A DNA stretch of 64,000 nt. It comes from Candidatus Magasanikiibacteriota bacterium. GTDB taxonomy: Bacteria; Patescibacteriota; Patescibacteriia; Magasanikbacterales; GWA2-37-8. Shown piece after piece: positions 48,199-58,868 of this stretch (position 1 is its first letter; each line of letters starts with the position of its first letter). A program made the position numbers and the translations under genes. The stretch lies in NCBI GenBank assembly GCA_016182085.1, contig JACOYB010000005.1, positions 66,061 to 130,060 of the forward strand. The letters are read 5' to 3'. The notes under the pieces were generated by a model. It was not told the origin of the DNA and made no database searches. It saw only the letters and a program-made list of their open reading frames with translations.

Positions 48199-48618
48199 AT
48201 GTCCAAATCACAGGCCAAGCAGCTTGTAACTCCCGGGTTTGTACCGGTTCAGACTGCAACGTTGTTTCTCGGCCAATATGTGGTGGAGTTCTACGACCCG
48301 ATCTCTGACGAAGAGGATGGTCGTATTGACCTCCAGACAATCATTGGACGGGGTAATGAAGTAACCGTGGGCGCCACCATGAGCGAGGGGGATGCAAAGA
48401 AATTTGAAAGTCTGATGTTTAGCTATCCTGAACTGCATCTGCATCTTCGCGAAAAGCAGGTGATCTTTCCTGCTTCCAGCCCAAGGCCGGGATGTATTCG
48501 GTACTTTGAACTTGGGGAAGGCAATGATACATGGTACCATTATGCAGGGCCCATGGATACATGCCGAAAGGGTGTGTTGCTCGTTTGTATTTATGAGCCG
48601 GATGCCCCGAAAAACTAA
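48199..48618 (+). CDS. Hypothetical protein (139 aa)
   Basis: GGAGGGG SD before ATG; visibly more GC-rich than neighbours. Confidence 0.6.
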   Translation: MSKSQAKQLVTPGFVPVQTATLFLGQYVVEFYDPISDEEDGRIDLQTIIGRGNEVTVGATMSEGDAKKFESLMFSYPELHLHLREKQVIFPASSPRPGCIRYFELGEGNDTWYHYAGPMDTCRKGVLLVCIYEPDAPKN

Positions 48619-48770
48619 CGAGAAGAACGACCCGTGAGTAACCGGTGGATTTTCGCAAAAACCAAGCGACAGTCCACCGGAGTTAAGTATTAAAATCTCT
48701 TTTCTCAATTTAGCGATTTTTCCTTTACATTAGCCAAAAAAATAACTTTAACCAAAAAAGCCTTTGCTCC

Positions 48771-48799
48771 TTGACAAAACCTCTAAAATATGGTATATT
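48771..48799 (+). promoter_or_regulatory. Sigma70-type promoter
   Basis: TTGACA-N17-TATATT with TG extension. Confidence 0.6.
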
Positions 48800-48831
48800 A
48801 TTTTGTTAATTTTATAATTAACCATAATCAT

Positions 48832-49992
48832 ATGCGCATAGCCATGATCGGACAAAAAGGCGTCCCGGCAATATATGGCGGCATAGAACGTCATGTGGAG
48901 GAATTGTCGGTAGAATTGGCCAAACAAGGCCACGACGTTTTTGTATACGCTCGCGAATGGTTTACTGATAAAAAGATTAAAAAATACCAAGGGGTCAATA
49001 TAATTCACACCCCTACTTTACGCACCAAACATTTGGATGCAATTGTGCATACACTCACTTCCACCATTCACGCACTCATACAAAAACCTGATGTAATTCA
49101 TTATCACGGCGTTGGTCCAGCCTTGCTTAGCTGGATTCCAAGACTTTTTTCTTCAAAAATTAAAGTGGTAGTAACCATGCACTGTCTTGATCGTTACCAC
49201 CAAAAATGGGGATTTTTTGCCCGCTTCATGCTTCGTGTTGGCGAATGGGCCGGATGCACGTTTGCCCACCAAGCGATTTCAGTTTCTAAAACCATTCAAG
49301 GTTATTGTTTGAATGAATACCGCACGTCTACAACGTATATCCCCAATGGCATCAAAACTAACGAACACCAAAATTATTCGTTAATTGACCAGTGGAACCT
49401 TACGCCGCAAAAATATATTTTGATGGTTTCCCGTTTGGTAAAACATAAAGGCGCCCATTACTTGTTGGAGGCTTGGCAAATTGCCCGCCAACAAAATCCA
49501 GAGCTTCTAAAAGATTATAAATTAGCTATAGTTGGCGACGCTGTATTTACGGATGATTATGTTGCCAAGTTGCGACAAATTGCTCGCGGTGATAACAGTG
49601 TTGTATTCACCGGCTGGCAGAAAAGCCAAGAGTTAGCTGAACTATATGATAACACCACTCTGCTTGTGCACCCTTCGGAAAATGAAGGTTTGCCTATAAC
49701 CATATTACAAGCCATGTCATACGCCAAACCAGTACTTGTTTCAGATATTGCCGAGCACAAAGAAGTAGTAAGCGATGAGGATTTCTGGTTTAGCAATACC
49801 GATGTATATTCTTTGGCGGAAAAAATTGCCGAACTTATTCAAAAACCTGAATTACTAAAAGAAAAAGGCAAAGCCAATAAAATCCTGGTGGAAAAAAATT
49901 ATAGATGGGAAGATATCGCCAAACAAACAATTGCAATCTATTCTTCTATAAACACCGACACGCTCAAAAAACTTCAAGCTTTACGAGCTTAA
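48832..49992 (+). CDS. GT4 family glycosyltransferase
   Basis: MRIAMIG..G.P..YGGIE; EGLPITILQAM. Confidence 0.92.
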   Translation: MRIAMIGQKGVPAIYGGIERHVEELSVELAKQGHDVFVYAREWFTDKKIKKYQGVNIIHTPTLRTKHLDAIVHTLTSTIHALIQKPDVIHYHGVGPALLSWIPRLFSSKIKVVVTMHCLDRYHQKWGFFARFMLRVGEWAGCTFAHQAISVSKTIQGYCLNEYRTSTTYIPNGIKTNEHQNYSLIDQWNLTPQKYILMVSRLVKHKGAHYLLEAWQIARQQNPELLKDYKLAIVGDAVFTDDYVAKLRQIARGDNSVVFTGWQKSQELAELYDNTTLLVHPSENEGLPITILQAMSYAKPVLVSDIAEHKEVVSDEDFWFSNTDVYSLAEKIAELIQKPELLKEKGKANKILVEKNYRWEDIAKQTIAIYSSINTDTLKKLQALRA

Positions 49993-50027
49993 ACAAAAAC
50001 GGCCTTGCAGGGGCCGTCTTTGTTTTG
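49993..50027. terminator. Bidirectional terminator between convergent GT4 genes
   Basis: ACAAAAACGGCCTTG-CAG-GGGCCGTCTTTGTTTT. Confidence 0.65.
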
Positions 50028-50028
50028 G

Positions 50029-51252
50029 TTATTTTTTTAAACGTATCGCTTCACGGTATATTTCTTCCAGTCTGTTGAAATAGTCGTCGGGATTATGATT
50101 TGTTCGCACTGTTTCCATAGCTGAAGCCGTAATGGCCGAGCCTTGCGCATCTGTTGTTTCCATAGCGCGCCTAATAGTTTTGGCCAGATCAGCCGGATCT
50201 TCGGGTTTAGCCAAAAATCCGCTCACCCCATTTTTTATGAGCTCCGGATTCCCGCCTCTATCTATAGAAACCACGATTCGGCCATAGCTCATAGCTTCTA
50301 GAATTGCCAAGGAACAATTTTCATAAAATAACGATGGCACCACTACAACCTTGGCTTCATTCATTACCTGTTTCCATTTCTCGCCTCCTACCCACCCCAC
50401 TCGTTCAATGTTAGATAAAATATTCTTGCGCGCGAATTCCTGAACCCAAGCATCTTCGGGGCCGCTGCCGACAATTTTGATTTTGTAATTACGCAGGTCT
50501 TTGGCCGCCTCCATAAGAATTTTTATACCTTTTTCATAATGCACGCGGCCTAAATACACAACTTTGTCGCCAAGCGGCGCGGGTGTGGTTTGCGGACTAA
50601 ACGGATTGCGAAGCAACCTCATTTTCTTGGCCGGAAATCCATACTCCACCATTTTGTCGGCCATAAACTGGCTTGGGCAGATATACAAATCAATTCGTTT
50701 CCAAATTTTTTTAAATCTGTAAAAATATGCTTCCATGACCCCAGCTATACTTGGCAACAACCTATTATCCACGCATTTATAACGAATACAACTAAATGGA
50801 TTACGATAACAACTCTCGCATAATGTTTCACCTTTCAAAAAATTACGGCTGGGAGAAATTGGAAAAAAATCATGCAAAGTAAGCACGGTCGGAACTTTTA
50901 ACTCGTACAGTTTTGTAAAGGTGCTGGCAGACAAGTGGTGATAGACGCTATGCAAATGCGCCACTTCCGGCTCTTCGGCCATAACCAATGCTCCCAATTT
51001 TTTTTCAATCTCTTTGGAAACAAATAGGCGTTTAAAAATTTTCCATTTTGTGGCGAAGTCTTGCTTTTCAAGAAGTTCCGGCACTTCCGAGGCAAAATAG
51101 GCGCTATATTCGGATGGAAAATTCCCCGTATGACTCATCGCAAATTCACTCACTTCATGCCCGCGCTGACGCAAGCCTTTGATAGTATCAAAAAGCACTA
51201 CCTCCACGCCGCCCCGGCGGTAAAAAAATTTATTTATTTGTAATACTCGCAT
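50029..51252 (-). CDS. GT4 family glycosyltransferase
   Basis: NKFFYRRGG, TLHD, GRVHYEKG, ENCSLAILEAM. Confidence 0.92.
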   Translation of the reverse strand: MRVLQINKFFYRRGGVEVVLFDTIKGLRQRGHEVSEFAMSHTGNFPSEYSAYFASEVPELLEKQDFATKWKIFKRLFVSKEIEKKLGALVMAEEPEVAHLHSVYHHLSASTFTKLYELKVPTVLTLHDFFPISPSRNFLKGETLCESCYRNPFSCIRYKCVDNRLLPSIAGVMEAYFYRFKKIWKRIDLYICPSQFMADKMVEYGFPAKKMRLLRNPFSPQTTPAPLGDKVVYLGRVHYEKGIKILMEAAKDLRNYKIKIVGSGPEDAWVQEFARKNILSNIERVGWVGGEKWKQVMNEAKVVVVPSLFYENCSLAILEAMSYGRIVVSIDRGGNPELIKNGVSGFLAKPEDPADLAKTIRRAMETTDAQGSAITASAMETVRTNHNPDDYFNRLEEIYREAIRLKK

Positions 51253-51258
51253 AATTTA

Positions 51259-51966
51259 TCACTTAACGGCAACAGCCACCAAATTTCGCGCGTCTTTTTT
51301 GGGGGCGCGATGATTCCCTTTTGAATAATACATTTCTTCTATCTTAAAACCCGCTTTTTTTAATAATTCTTTTAGTTCTTTTTTGGTAAAATAATGATAA
51401 TAGCGCTCTGCTAAAATTTCCCCCTCTTGGGTTTTCCAAGGAATAAGATAATCGTTTTCACTTAATAATTTCCAGTCTTTTTTAAATTTTTCCCGGGCCC
51501 AGTTACTTTCTAAATTCCAAGTCGTAATTATCAATCGGGCTTTATCTTTCATTTCTTTATACACCTGTCGCAACAGTTTAAGGCGAGATTCGGAATTTGG
51601 AAGGTGGTGGAAAGAGGCCACCATAAAAACCAAGTCAAAAAAACTATCTTTAAATTTTACTTCTTTTTTAGCATTAGAAAAAAATTTAACTGCGCCCTTT
51701 TTTACCTCTTCGGCGTGAACCTTCTTAGCGATCTTTAAAAGTTCCCCGCTCTGATCTACTCCATAATAGTGAAAAGTTTTATTTTCTAATATATATAATA
51801 ACCGGCCATTGCCGCATCCCCAATCCAAAATATATTGATCGTCATGGATAAATTCTTTGAATTTTTCCAGCTCCGCGGCGCTATATCTGGTACTGGCAAA
51901 AAGCTGGGCTATACGGTTGTAATCTTCCCGGGTTTTATGTATAATCCGTACGTCTTCCTTACGCAT
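51259..51966 (-). CDS. Class I SAM methyltransferase, Trm9/ALKBH8-like
   Basis: Y..IA..F..TR, LDWGCGNGR, ASFHHL, LIITTW, IPW, RYYHYF..EL motifs. Confidence 0.75.
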   Translation of the reverse strand: MRKEDVRIIHKTREDYNRIAQLFASTRYSAAELEKFKEFIHDDQYILDWGCGNGRLLYILENKTFHYYGVDQSGELLKIAKKVHAEEVKKGAVKFFSNAKKEVKFKDSFFDLVFMVASFHHLPNSESRLKLLRQVYKEMKDKARLIITTWNLESNWAREKFKKDWKLLSENDYLIPWKTQEGEILAERYYHYFTKKELKELLKKAGFKIEEMYYSKGNHRAPKKDARNLVAVAVK

Positions 51967-51974
51967 AAAAATGT

Positions 51975-53627
51975 ATGTCCATTACTGAAAAAGTAGTTAA
52001 ATATTTATCTATTAACCCGCCCGTAACGGCGGCTGATTTTAGCGAATCTTTACGAAAAATGCTGCGTCAAGAAAAAAATCCTGCTATTTCTATTCCCAAC
52101 AAGCGGGACCTGCTTAAATCATACCATAAATTAATAAAAACCAACAAGATCAAAAAAAGTGTTCAACTAGAAAAAATGCTCCGCCGCCGCGCGGTGCGCA
52201 CACTCTCGGGTGTTACAATTGTTACTTCTTTGGTAAAACCCTATCCTTGCCCCGGCAAATGCGTGTACTGCCCTTTGGACGCGCGTATGCCGAAAAGCTA
52301 CCTATCCGACGAGCCAGCTGCCGCCAGAGCGCTGTCGTTGGAATTTAGTCCGTATGACCAAATGGCCAAACGTATTGAAGCCCTAGAAAATAACGGCCAC
52401 CCAACCGACAAGGTAGAACTTATTATAAAAGGCGGCACTTGGAATTCGTATCCCCTGCCTTATCAATATTGGTTTATTTTAAAATCTTTTGAAGCAGCCA
52501 ACCGTACGGGACAGAAAAATAAAACCCGAGCCACCAAACTGCACGAAAATTCTTCGATTAAAAAACTGCGGGCCGAACTGCTCAAACAACAAAAACTTAA
52601 TGAGAAATCTAAGCATAGAATTATTGGCCTCACTTTGGAGACCAGACCAGACTCTGTAAATTTACGCAGCGTTTGGCAAATGCGAGAGATGGGCTGTACC
52701 CGTATAGAACTTGGCATCCAACATACCCATGACGATATTTTAAAACTAATTAAACGAGGGCACGATAATGCCAGATCAAAATGGGCCACGGAAATGCTCA
52801 AAAATTATGGCTATAAAACCGATTTTCACCTAATGCCGCAACTACCTGGGGCTACACCGGAAACCGATTTGAGCATGATGATAGATGTTTTTACTGATCC
52901 TGGATTTCGGCCGGATATGATTAAAGTTTACCCATGTTCGGTAATCAAAAATTCTGAGCTATACGATTGGTTTAAAGCTGGAAAATACAGAGCTTACCCA
53001 ACCGAAGACTTACTAACCATGCTTAAAAAATTTAAGCCGCACGTCCCTCGCTACTGCCGCATCTCGCGCTTGATTCGCGATATACCGGGTCAATATATTG
53101 AAAATGGCAATACCGTTACCAACTTGCGCCAAGTAATCCAAGAGCAAATGAAAAAAGAAGGCACCAAATGTGTCTGTTTGCGCTGCCGAGAAATATCTCA
53201 TGTGGATATTACTAATATTAAAGACCTAACACCTCATCTGTTTGTAGATGAATATGCCACCCAGGGCGGCACGGAATATTTTTTGAGCTTTGAAGATAAA
53301 GACCGACTGGTTGTGTTTGGTTTTTGCCGTTTGCGCATCGTAGATAAAAATATAATAGCAAAAAAAGACAAAAAACTAGCGCCATTTCCAGCCTACATCC
53401 GCGAACTTCATACGTATGGACAGCTGGTAAAAATCGGTACCCAAGAAAAAGGACACAGCCAACATACCGGCTTAGGTAAAAAATTAATAAAATTAGCAGA
53501 AAAAATTACGGCTGAACAAGGCGTGCATAAATTGGCGGTAATTTCTGGTGTAGGTGTACGGGACTATTACCGAAAATCTGGATATAAGCTGGAAAATACC
53601 TATATGGTAAAGAGGCTAAAAAGATAG
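51975..53627 (+). CDS. elp3: Elp3-like radical SAM/GNAT tRNA U34 carboxymethyltransferase
   Basis: RTLSGV, CPGKCVYCP, PKSY, GGT, ETRPD, RELHTYG, QHTGLG, ISGVGVRDYY. Confidence 0.93.
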   Translation: MSITEKVVKYLSINPPVTAADFSESLRKMLRQEKNPAISIPNKRDLLKSYHKLIKTNKIKKSVQLEKMLRRRAVRTLSGVTIVTSLVKPYPCPGKCVYCPLDARMPKSYLSDEPAAARALSLEFSPYDQMAKRIEALENNGHPTDKVELIIKGGTWNSYPLPYQYWFILKSFEAANRTGQKNKTRATKLHENSSIKKLRAELLKQQKLNEKSKHRIIGLTLETRPDSVNLRSVWQMREMGCTRIELGIQHTHDDILKLIKRGHDNARSKWATEMLKNYGYKTDFHLMPQLPGATPETDLSMMIDVFTDPGFRPDMIKVYPCSVIKNSELYDWFKAGKYRAYPTEDLLTMLKKFKPHVPRYCRISRLIRDIPGQYIENGNTVTNLRQVIQEQMKKEGTKCVCLRCREISHVDITNIKDLTPHLFVDEYATQGGTEYFLSFEDKDRLVVFGFCRLRIVDKNIIAKKDKKLAPFPAYIRELHTYGQLVKIGTQEKGHSQHTGLGKKLIKLAEKITAEQGVHKLAVISGVGVRDYYRKSGYKLENTYMVKRLKR

Positions 53628-53635
53628 TAAGATAT

Positions 53636-54028
53636 ATGGGTATGCAGCTACCTCCTAATTCAATTATCGCTTCTGGGCCGGTTATCATAGAAGATAACAA
53701 GGTTTTGCTTAATCGTGAAAAAAAAGAAAACGGCATTACACCCTGGATGTTTCCAGGCGGTGAAGTAGAAGAATTTGATAAAAGCTTAGAAGAGGCTTGC
53801 CACCGAGAAGTAGGCGAAGAAATGGGAATAAAAATAGAAATCATAAAACCACTCAAGCCAATAATGATTTACCAAAACGAACGAGTGATTATTCTAGCTC
53901 ATTACTTGGCCAAGAGAATTGGAGAGATAAGCCCGGGCAAAGATATATCGGAATGGGCCTGGCATGATATAAATAATTTACCTAATAACTGTGCACAAAA
54001 CGTATATGATATAATTAGTTCTCTATAA
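53636..54028 (+). CDS. NUDIX hydrolase
   Basis: PGG..E......ACHREVGEEMG Nudix box. Confidence 0.88.
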   Translation: MGMQLPPNSIIASGPVIIEDNKVLLNREKKENGITPWMFPGGEVEEFDKSLEEACHREVGEEMGIKIEIIKPLKPIMIYQNERVIILAHYLAKRIGEISPGKDISEWAWHDINNLPNNCAQNVYDIISSL

Positions 54029-54040
54029 ACTCTCGGTTAC

Positions 54041-54158
54041 TGTCATTCCCGCTGCAGCGGGAATCCAGGCAATTTAGGATACTGGATTCCCAACTTGGTT
54101 GGGAATGACAAACGAAGATCCCTCATCATCCGCCTAGGCGGACTCGCTCGGGATGACA
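54041..54158. repeat. TGTCAT...ATGACA palindromic element plus extra half-element containing TCCGCCTAGGCGGA
   Basis: TGTCATTCCCGCTGCAGCGGGAATCCAG...CTGGATTCCCAACTTGGTTGGGAATGACA (54041-54110), then GATCCC..GGGATGACA (54117-54158). Confidence 0.8.
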
Positions 54159-54196
54159 GTTAAAAACTAATTATATTAATAAAATATCATAATACT

Positions 54197-55444
54197 ATGC
54201 ACACATCTTCACTCAAAGACTTTGATTCTGACATTTATCAAAGTATTAAAAAAGAACAACAGCGCCAAGAAGAAGGACTGGAAATGATCCCTTCGGAGAA
54301 TTTTGTTTCTCCGGCGGTGCTGGAAGCTTTAGGGTCGGTTTTAACTAATAAATATTCCGAAGGCTATCCGGGCAAACGATATTATGGCGGTTGTGAATTT
54401 ATTGATGAAGTGGAAACTTTGGCCATAGACCGAGCCAAACAACTTTTTGGGGCCGAACATGTAAACGTACAGCCTTTGTCTGGCGCGCCGGCCAATGTAG
54501 CGGTGTATTTTGCCCTACTTAAACCTGGCGACACGGTGCTTGGCATGGACTTGTCTCATGGCGGACACCTTACTCACGGGCACCCGGTAACCTACATGGC
54601 CAAAATATATAACTTTGTCCGCTATAAAACCAACGCCGAAGGATTGATAGATTTGGATAATTTGCGCCAAATGGCATTGGAGCACAAACCAAAAATAATT
54701 TTGGTTGGCTACAGCGCTTATTCACGAGAAATTGAATATGAAAAAATAAAGGCGATTGCCGATGAAGTGGGCGCGATTACCATGGCCGACATTGCCCATA
54801 TTGCGGGCTTGATTGCTGGCGGACAAATGAATAATCCGGTGCCGATTTTTGATATAGTAACTACCACCACTCATAAAACTTTGCGCGGCCCTCGCGGCGG
54901 CATGATTATGTGTAAAGAAAAATTTGCCAAAGATATAGACAAATCTGTTTTCCCCGGATTTCAGGGAGGCCCGCACGAAAACAATATCGCGGCTAAAGCA
55001 ATCGCATTTAAAGAAGCACTGGAGCCGGAATTTAAAGAATATACCAAACAAATAAAGAAAAATATAAAAGTTTTGGAAGAAGAATTGCGCAAACGAGATT
55101 ATAAATTGTGTTTTGGCGGTTCGGATAATCACCTGCTACTTATAGATGTAACACCAAAAGGCGTGTCGGGAAAAGAAGCACAAATCGCCCTAGACAAAGC
55201 CGGCATTACCGTAAACAAAAATATGATCCCGGACGACCCACGCTCGCCTATGGACCCTTCCGGTATCCGCTTGGGTACACCGGCTATCACCACTCGCGGC
55301 ATGAAAGAAGAAGAAATGAAAATGATTGCGACCTGGATAGACGAAGCGATAGCCAATCACGGGGATGATGCCAAACTGGCAGGCATAAAACAACAAGTGG
55401 CCGAGCTGACCAAAAAATTTCCACTTTACCCAACCTTGAAGTAA
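54197..55444 (+). CDS. glyA: Serine hydroxymethyltransferase
   Basis: [48 protein letters not shown]. Confidence 0.97.
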   Translation: MHTSSLKDFDSDIYQSIKKEQQRQEEGLEMIPSENFVSPAVLEALGSVLTNKYSEGYPGKRYYGGCEFIDEVETLAIDRAKQLFGAEHVNVQPLSGAPANVAVYFALLKPGDTVLGMDLSHGGHLTHGHPVTYMAKIYNFVRYKTNAEGLIDLDNLRQMALEHKPKIILVGYSAYSREIEYEKIKAIADEVGAITMADIAHIAGLIAGGQMNNPVPIFDIVTTTTHKTLRGPRGGMIMCKEKFAKDIDKSVFPGFQGGPHENNIAAKAIAFKEALEPEFKEYTKQIKKNIKVLEEELRKRDYKLCFGGSDNHLLLIDVTPKGVSGKEAQIALDKAGITVNKNMIPDDPRSPMDPSGIRLGTPAITTRGMKEEEMKMIATWIDEAIANHGDDAKLAGIKQQVAELTKKFPLYPTLK

Positions 55445-55463
55445 ATTAAAAATACATTTTATT

Positions 55464-57336
55464 TTAACCGGAAACAACGTCTTCAAACTTATAGGCCTGG
55501 TAAATGCCACCCTTTCCTAACGCCGCTGTTTTTATAGATACAGAAAATAAATTTTTTTCTGTTATAATTTTTTGAACCTGTCTTACGCTGACTTTCAATT
55601 TATTTGCGATTGTTTTTATTGGACCCCAATGCTCATTAGAAGAGGGGCTGATATAAAACCCTCTCCATTCTCCCTGAGCCTCCACTTGTTTTGCTTCTCT
55701 AAGTTCTATAATTCTAGAGACACCGGATATATCTTCGTACTTATACGCCTCTACTACCTTCTGATTGAAAATATTCTTACTTTGGAAGCTGTGTTCTTCA
55801 ATTAATTTTTTAATGAGTTTGCCGCTTATTTGCAGCTTTGCAGACAAAACATTAATTGAAGCCCAGTGATCACTCTTCTCATCAACATAAAACCCTTCCC
55901 AATCTCCAGATACTTCTGCTTTAGGAATAGAAATTCGTTCTTTTATCAGGTCATTTTCTGATATTAGCTCATATGGATATACAACTGCCTTCATATTTGG
56001 AGGACAGCGAACTATTTTTGATACCAAATTCACACCTTGGCTTTTTATAATTTCTTCTACAAACTTATAACTAATTTCTAATTTATTAGCTAGTACTAGA
56101 ACTGTGCCAAAATGATTGCCGGTTTCTGGATCTATCCAAAAATTTTTCCATTCACCCGCTTTTTCCACTATAGGCAACTCTAGAATTTCTCTGACCGCTG
56201 GCAATTTAACCACGTCCTCATAAGCATACGCATTCACAAATTTTCCACCCTTTCTACGTCTAATTTCTTTAATATGAATGGTTGCCATAGCCATTAAACT
56301 ACTAAGAAAATCTTTTGATAATCCTAATTTATCTGCGATGATATTTAAAGCAGCATAATGCTTATTTGTATCCGGGTCTATCCAAAAACCTTCCCATTCA
56401 CCCGCGTCGTCTACCTGCGGCGATTCAAGATATTTTTTAACTTCTGCGGTATTTATAAAGTCTTCAAAAGAATAAGCTGCTCTTTTATGGCCAAAAACAT
56501 CCACAACAATTTTTTTCTCCAATTCTAGAGAAACAGCCATATCACTCAGGCTGCGGTAACTTCTTTTATAGGTTGCTTTTTTTATAATAGTTGTAATTGG
56601 CCCCCAGTGTTTGCCTTCCTGATCTGTCCAAAATCCTTTCCAAGGATCTAGTTCAATTTTTGATACTTGGGGCAATTCTTGGTCATTTTCAAAAGAGTCG
56701 CCCGGCGACAATTGAAGCTCTTTAAAATCTTCGTATAGCAGGCTTTCCAGTATAGCTGCCCATTTTGGCCCTTGAATAAACCTTTGTCCTGCCTGACGGT
56801 TTTGAAGTAAAAAAGTATTTTTCTCTTCTTTTGACATTGTATTAACATCGGGCACATTGACTCCGAGTTCTTGCAGATGAGCCATATCAAAAACATAACT
56901 TGCATTCCCTTCCTCATCACACACTTGTACGATTCTATTAATTTTTTCAATGACAACTGTTATATAACTAGTTTTTCTAATCATTTCTGGCGATATTTCT
57001 CCTTCAAAAATTTGGATATCGTCAAGTTCTATGCCATTATTTTGAAGCGTGTAAAGCAGAGTTTTCAATCTGTTTTTTAAATCTGCTTTTTCAAATTCTC
57101 CTTTTCCTCTAACAATCCCGTGTTTGATTGCGTCAGGCGGAGTTATGACCTGTCCAATCAGTTGGGTCTGGGTACGAATATAATCTAGTATCAATATTAT
57201 CAACTGTGAGTTCTCGCTGAAGAATCTTATCCAACTGTGTTTTAAACTGTTCTTTATTCCTGAGATAATCGCTCTTAACAGATAAATCTCGTTGCGCTGT
57301 CATCTCTTCTGGTAATTTACCTGGCCTGTCACCCAT
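55464..57336 (-). pseudogene. Hypothetical protein with five ~80-aa HTH-like repeats, apparently frameshifted near 57185-57200
   Basis: ORF 57133-57336 (ATG) overlaps ORF 55464-57203 (weak TTG start) in another frame; repeats W.GFW.D....H.......A.KL..S. Confidence 0.55.
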
Positions 57337-57369
57337 ACAAGTAATTAATAAATAAACTACACAGTATAA

Positions 57370-58809
57370 TTATTTTATCTCCCGCACCTCAACCAAATTC
57401 ACATGTCCCGCGTGCCCAACCGGCTCGCCGGCTACGACCACCATCTGATCTCCGGTTTTGCCAAGCTTATTTTTCTTTATATACGCAATAGACCGTTCTA
57501 CTAATTCTTCAATGGATTGGCAAGGTTCCAAAATAAACGGTACTACGCCCCAAGATAAATTGAGTTGTCTTTGCACTCTTTGGCTGCTGGTACCGACCAG
57601 AATAGACAAAGGCGGACGCACATGGCTAATAAGCCGGCCAGTTTCTCCGGAAAGAGAGGCGGCTAAAATTATCTTTGCTTTTACTTCTTCAGCCAAGATA
57701 CGGGACAGCTCGGTTATGGCTACTTCCATAGTTGTGCCGCTTTTATGAACGCCCGGTAAAACGGTATCGTCATAATGCGATTTTTCGGTATTAGCGATTA
57801 TTTCGGCCATAGTTTCTACTACCAAAACCGGATGTTTGCCTACCGCTGTTTCGTTGGACAACATGAGCGTGTCGGCATGATCTATAACCGCATTGGCCAC
57901 ATCGCTGACTTCGGCTCTGGTGGGACGGCGATTCTCCCGCATAGAATCCAGCATTTGCGTGGCCACAATTACCGGTTTTGCCAAACTATTGGCTTCGTCT
58001 ATGATTTTCTTTTGCGCGAGCGGTACTTCGGACGCATGCATTTCCAGACCCAAATCTCCACGCGCGACCATCACTCCGTCGCTGGCATCTAAAATTTCTT
58101 TTAGATTATCTACAGCTACTCGCCTTTCTATTTTGGCAATGATATGAAGCGGCGGCTGATTTTTTATTCCCAACTCGCTTTCAAATTGTTTTATTAAAAA
58201 TCGCAAATCCAGAATATCTTTGGCGCTGCGCACAAAAGACATGGCTACCAAATCTACTCCTTGTTCCAAACCAAACTTCAAATCATTTTTATCTTTAACA
58301 TCGAGAGTCTCCACATCCAAATCACTATCTGGAAAATTTAAACCTTTATGGGAAAAAATTAAACTGCCTTCTACAACCTCACCTGTTATTTTTGTGCCTT
58401 CCACACTTTTTACCTTTATCTCAATATGTCCGTCATCTACCAAAATTCTATGGCCCGCTTCTATAAATTTATGTAAGTTTTTATAATCCACCGGAATAAT
58501 TCCGTCCTTATACTCTGCCAAAGAAGTATCTAAAACCACTTCTCCGCCCACTTTAATTGGCGCGCCTTCATCCGGCATTTTTCCTACGCGTATTTTCGGC
58601 CCTTGTAAATCCTGCATGATTGCCAGCGGCTCACCTGTTTCTTCTTCTACTTTTCTTAAATTTTTTATCAAAACGGCGTGGCTGGAGTAATCACCATGAG
58701 AAAAATTTAACCTCGCAATGTTCATGCCGGCTTTTACCATATCTGTAAGCCTGGCAATATCCTGACAAGCCGGACCAATCGTGGCGCAAATTTTTGTTTT
58801 CTTAAACAT
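57370..58809 (-). CDS. pyk: Pyruvate kinase
   Basis: TKICATIGP, RLNFSHG, DLQGPKIR, MVARGDLG, ATQMLDSM, PTRAEVSDVANA. Confidence 0.97.
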   Translation of the reverse strand: MFKKTKICATIGPACQDIARLTDMVKAGMNIARLNFSHGDYSSHAVLIKNLRKVEEETGEPLAIMQDLQGPKIRVGKMPDEGAPIKVGGEVVLDTSLAEYKDGIIPVDYKNLHKFIEAGHRILVDDGHIEIKVKSVEGTKITGEVVEGSLIFSHKGLNFPDSDLDVETLDVKDKNDLKFGLEQGVDLVAMSFVRSAKDILDLRFLIKQFESELGIKNQPPLHIIAKIERRVAVDNLKEILDASDGVMVARGDLGLEMHASEVPLAQKKIIDEANSLAKPVIVATQMLDSMRENRRPTRAEVSDVANAVIDHADTLMLSNETAVGKHPVLVVETMAEIIANTEKSHYDDTVLPGVHKSGTTMEVAITELSRILAEEVKAKIILAASLSGETGRLISHVRPPLSILVGTSSQRVQRQLNLSWGVVPFILEPCQSIEELVERSIAYIKKNKLGKTGDQMVVVAGEPVGHAGHVNLVEVREIK

Positions 58810-58868
58810 AGATTGTAATTTTAGCAGAGCGATCCCATTCGGTTCCGCCTCAGGGCAAGCTCTTCAGG

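Noticed and set aside
54030-54196. Riboswitch (ZTP/THF/glycine) upstream of glyA
   Set aside because: The structure is explained by the dispersed palindromic repeat family; no riboswitch consensus recognised.
58831-58868. Degenerate REP-like sequence upstream of pyk
   Set aside because: Too degenerate and single-copy in this window to support a call.
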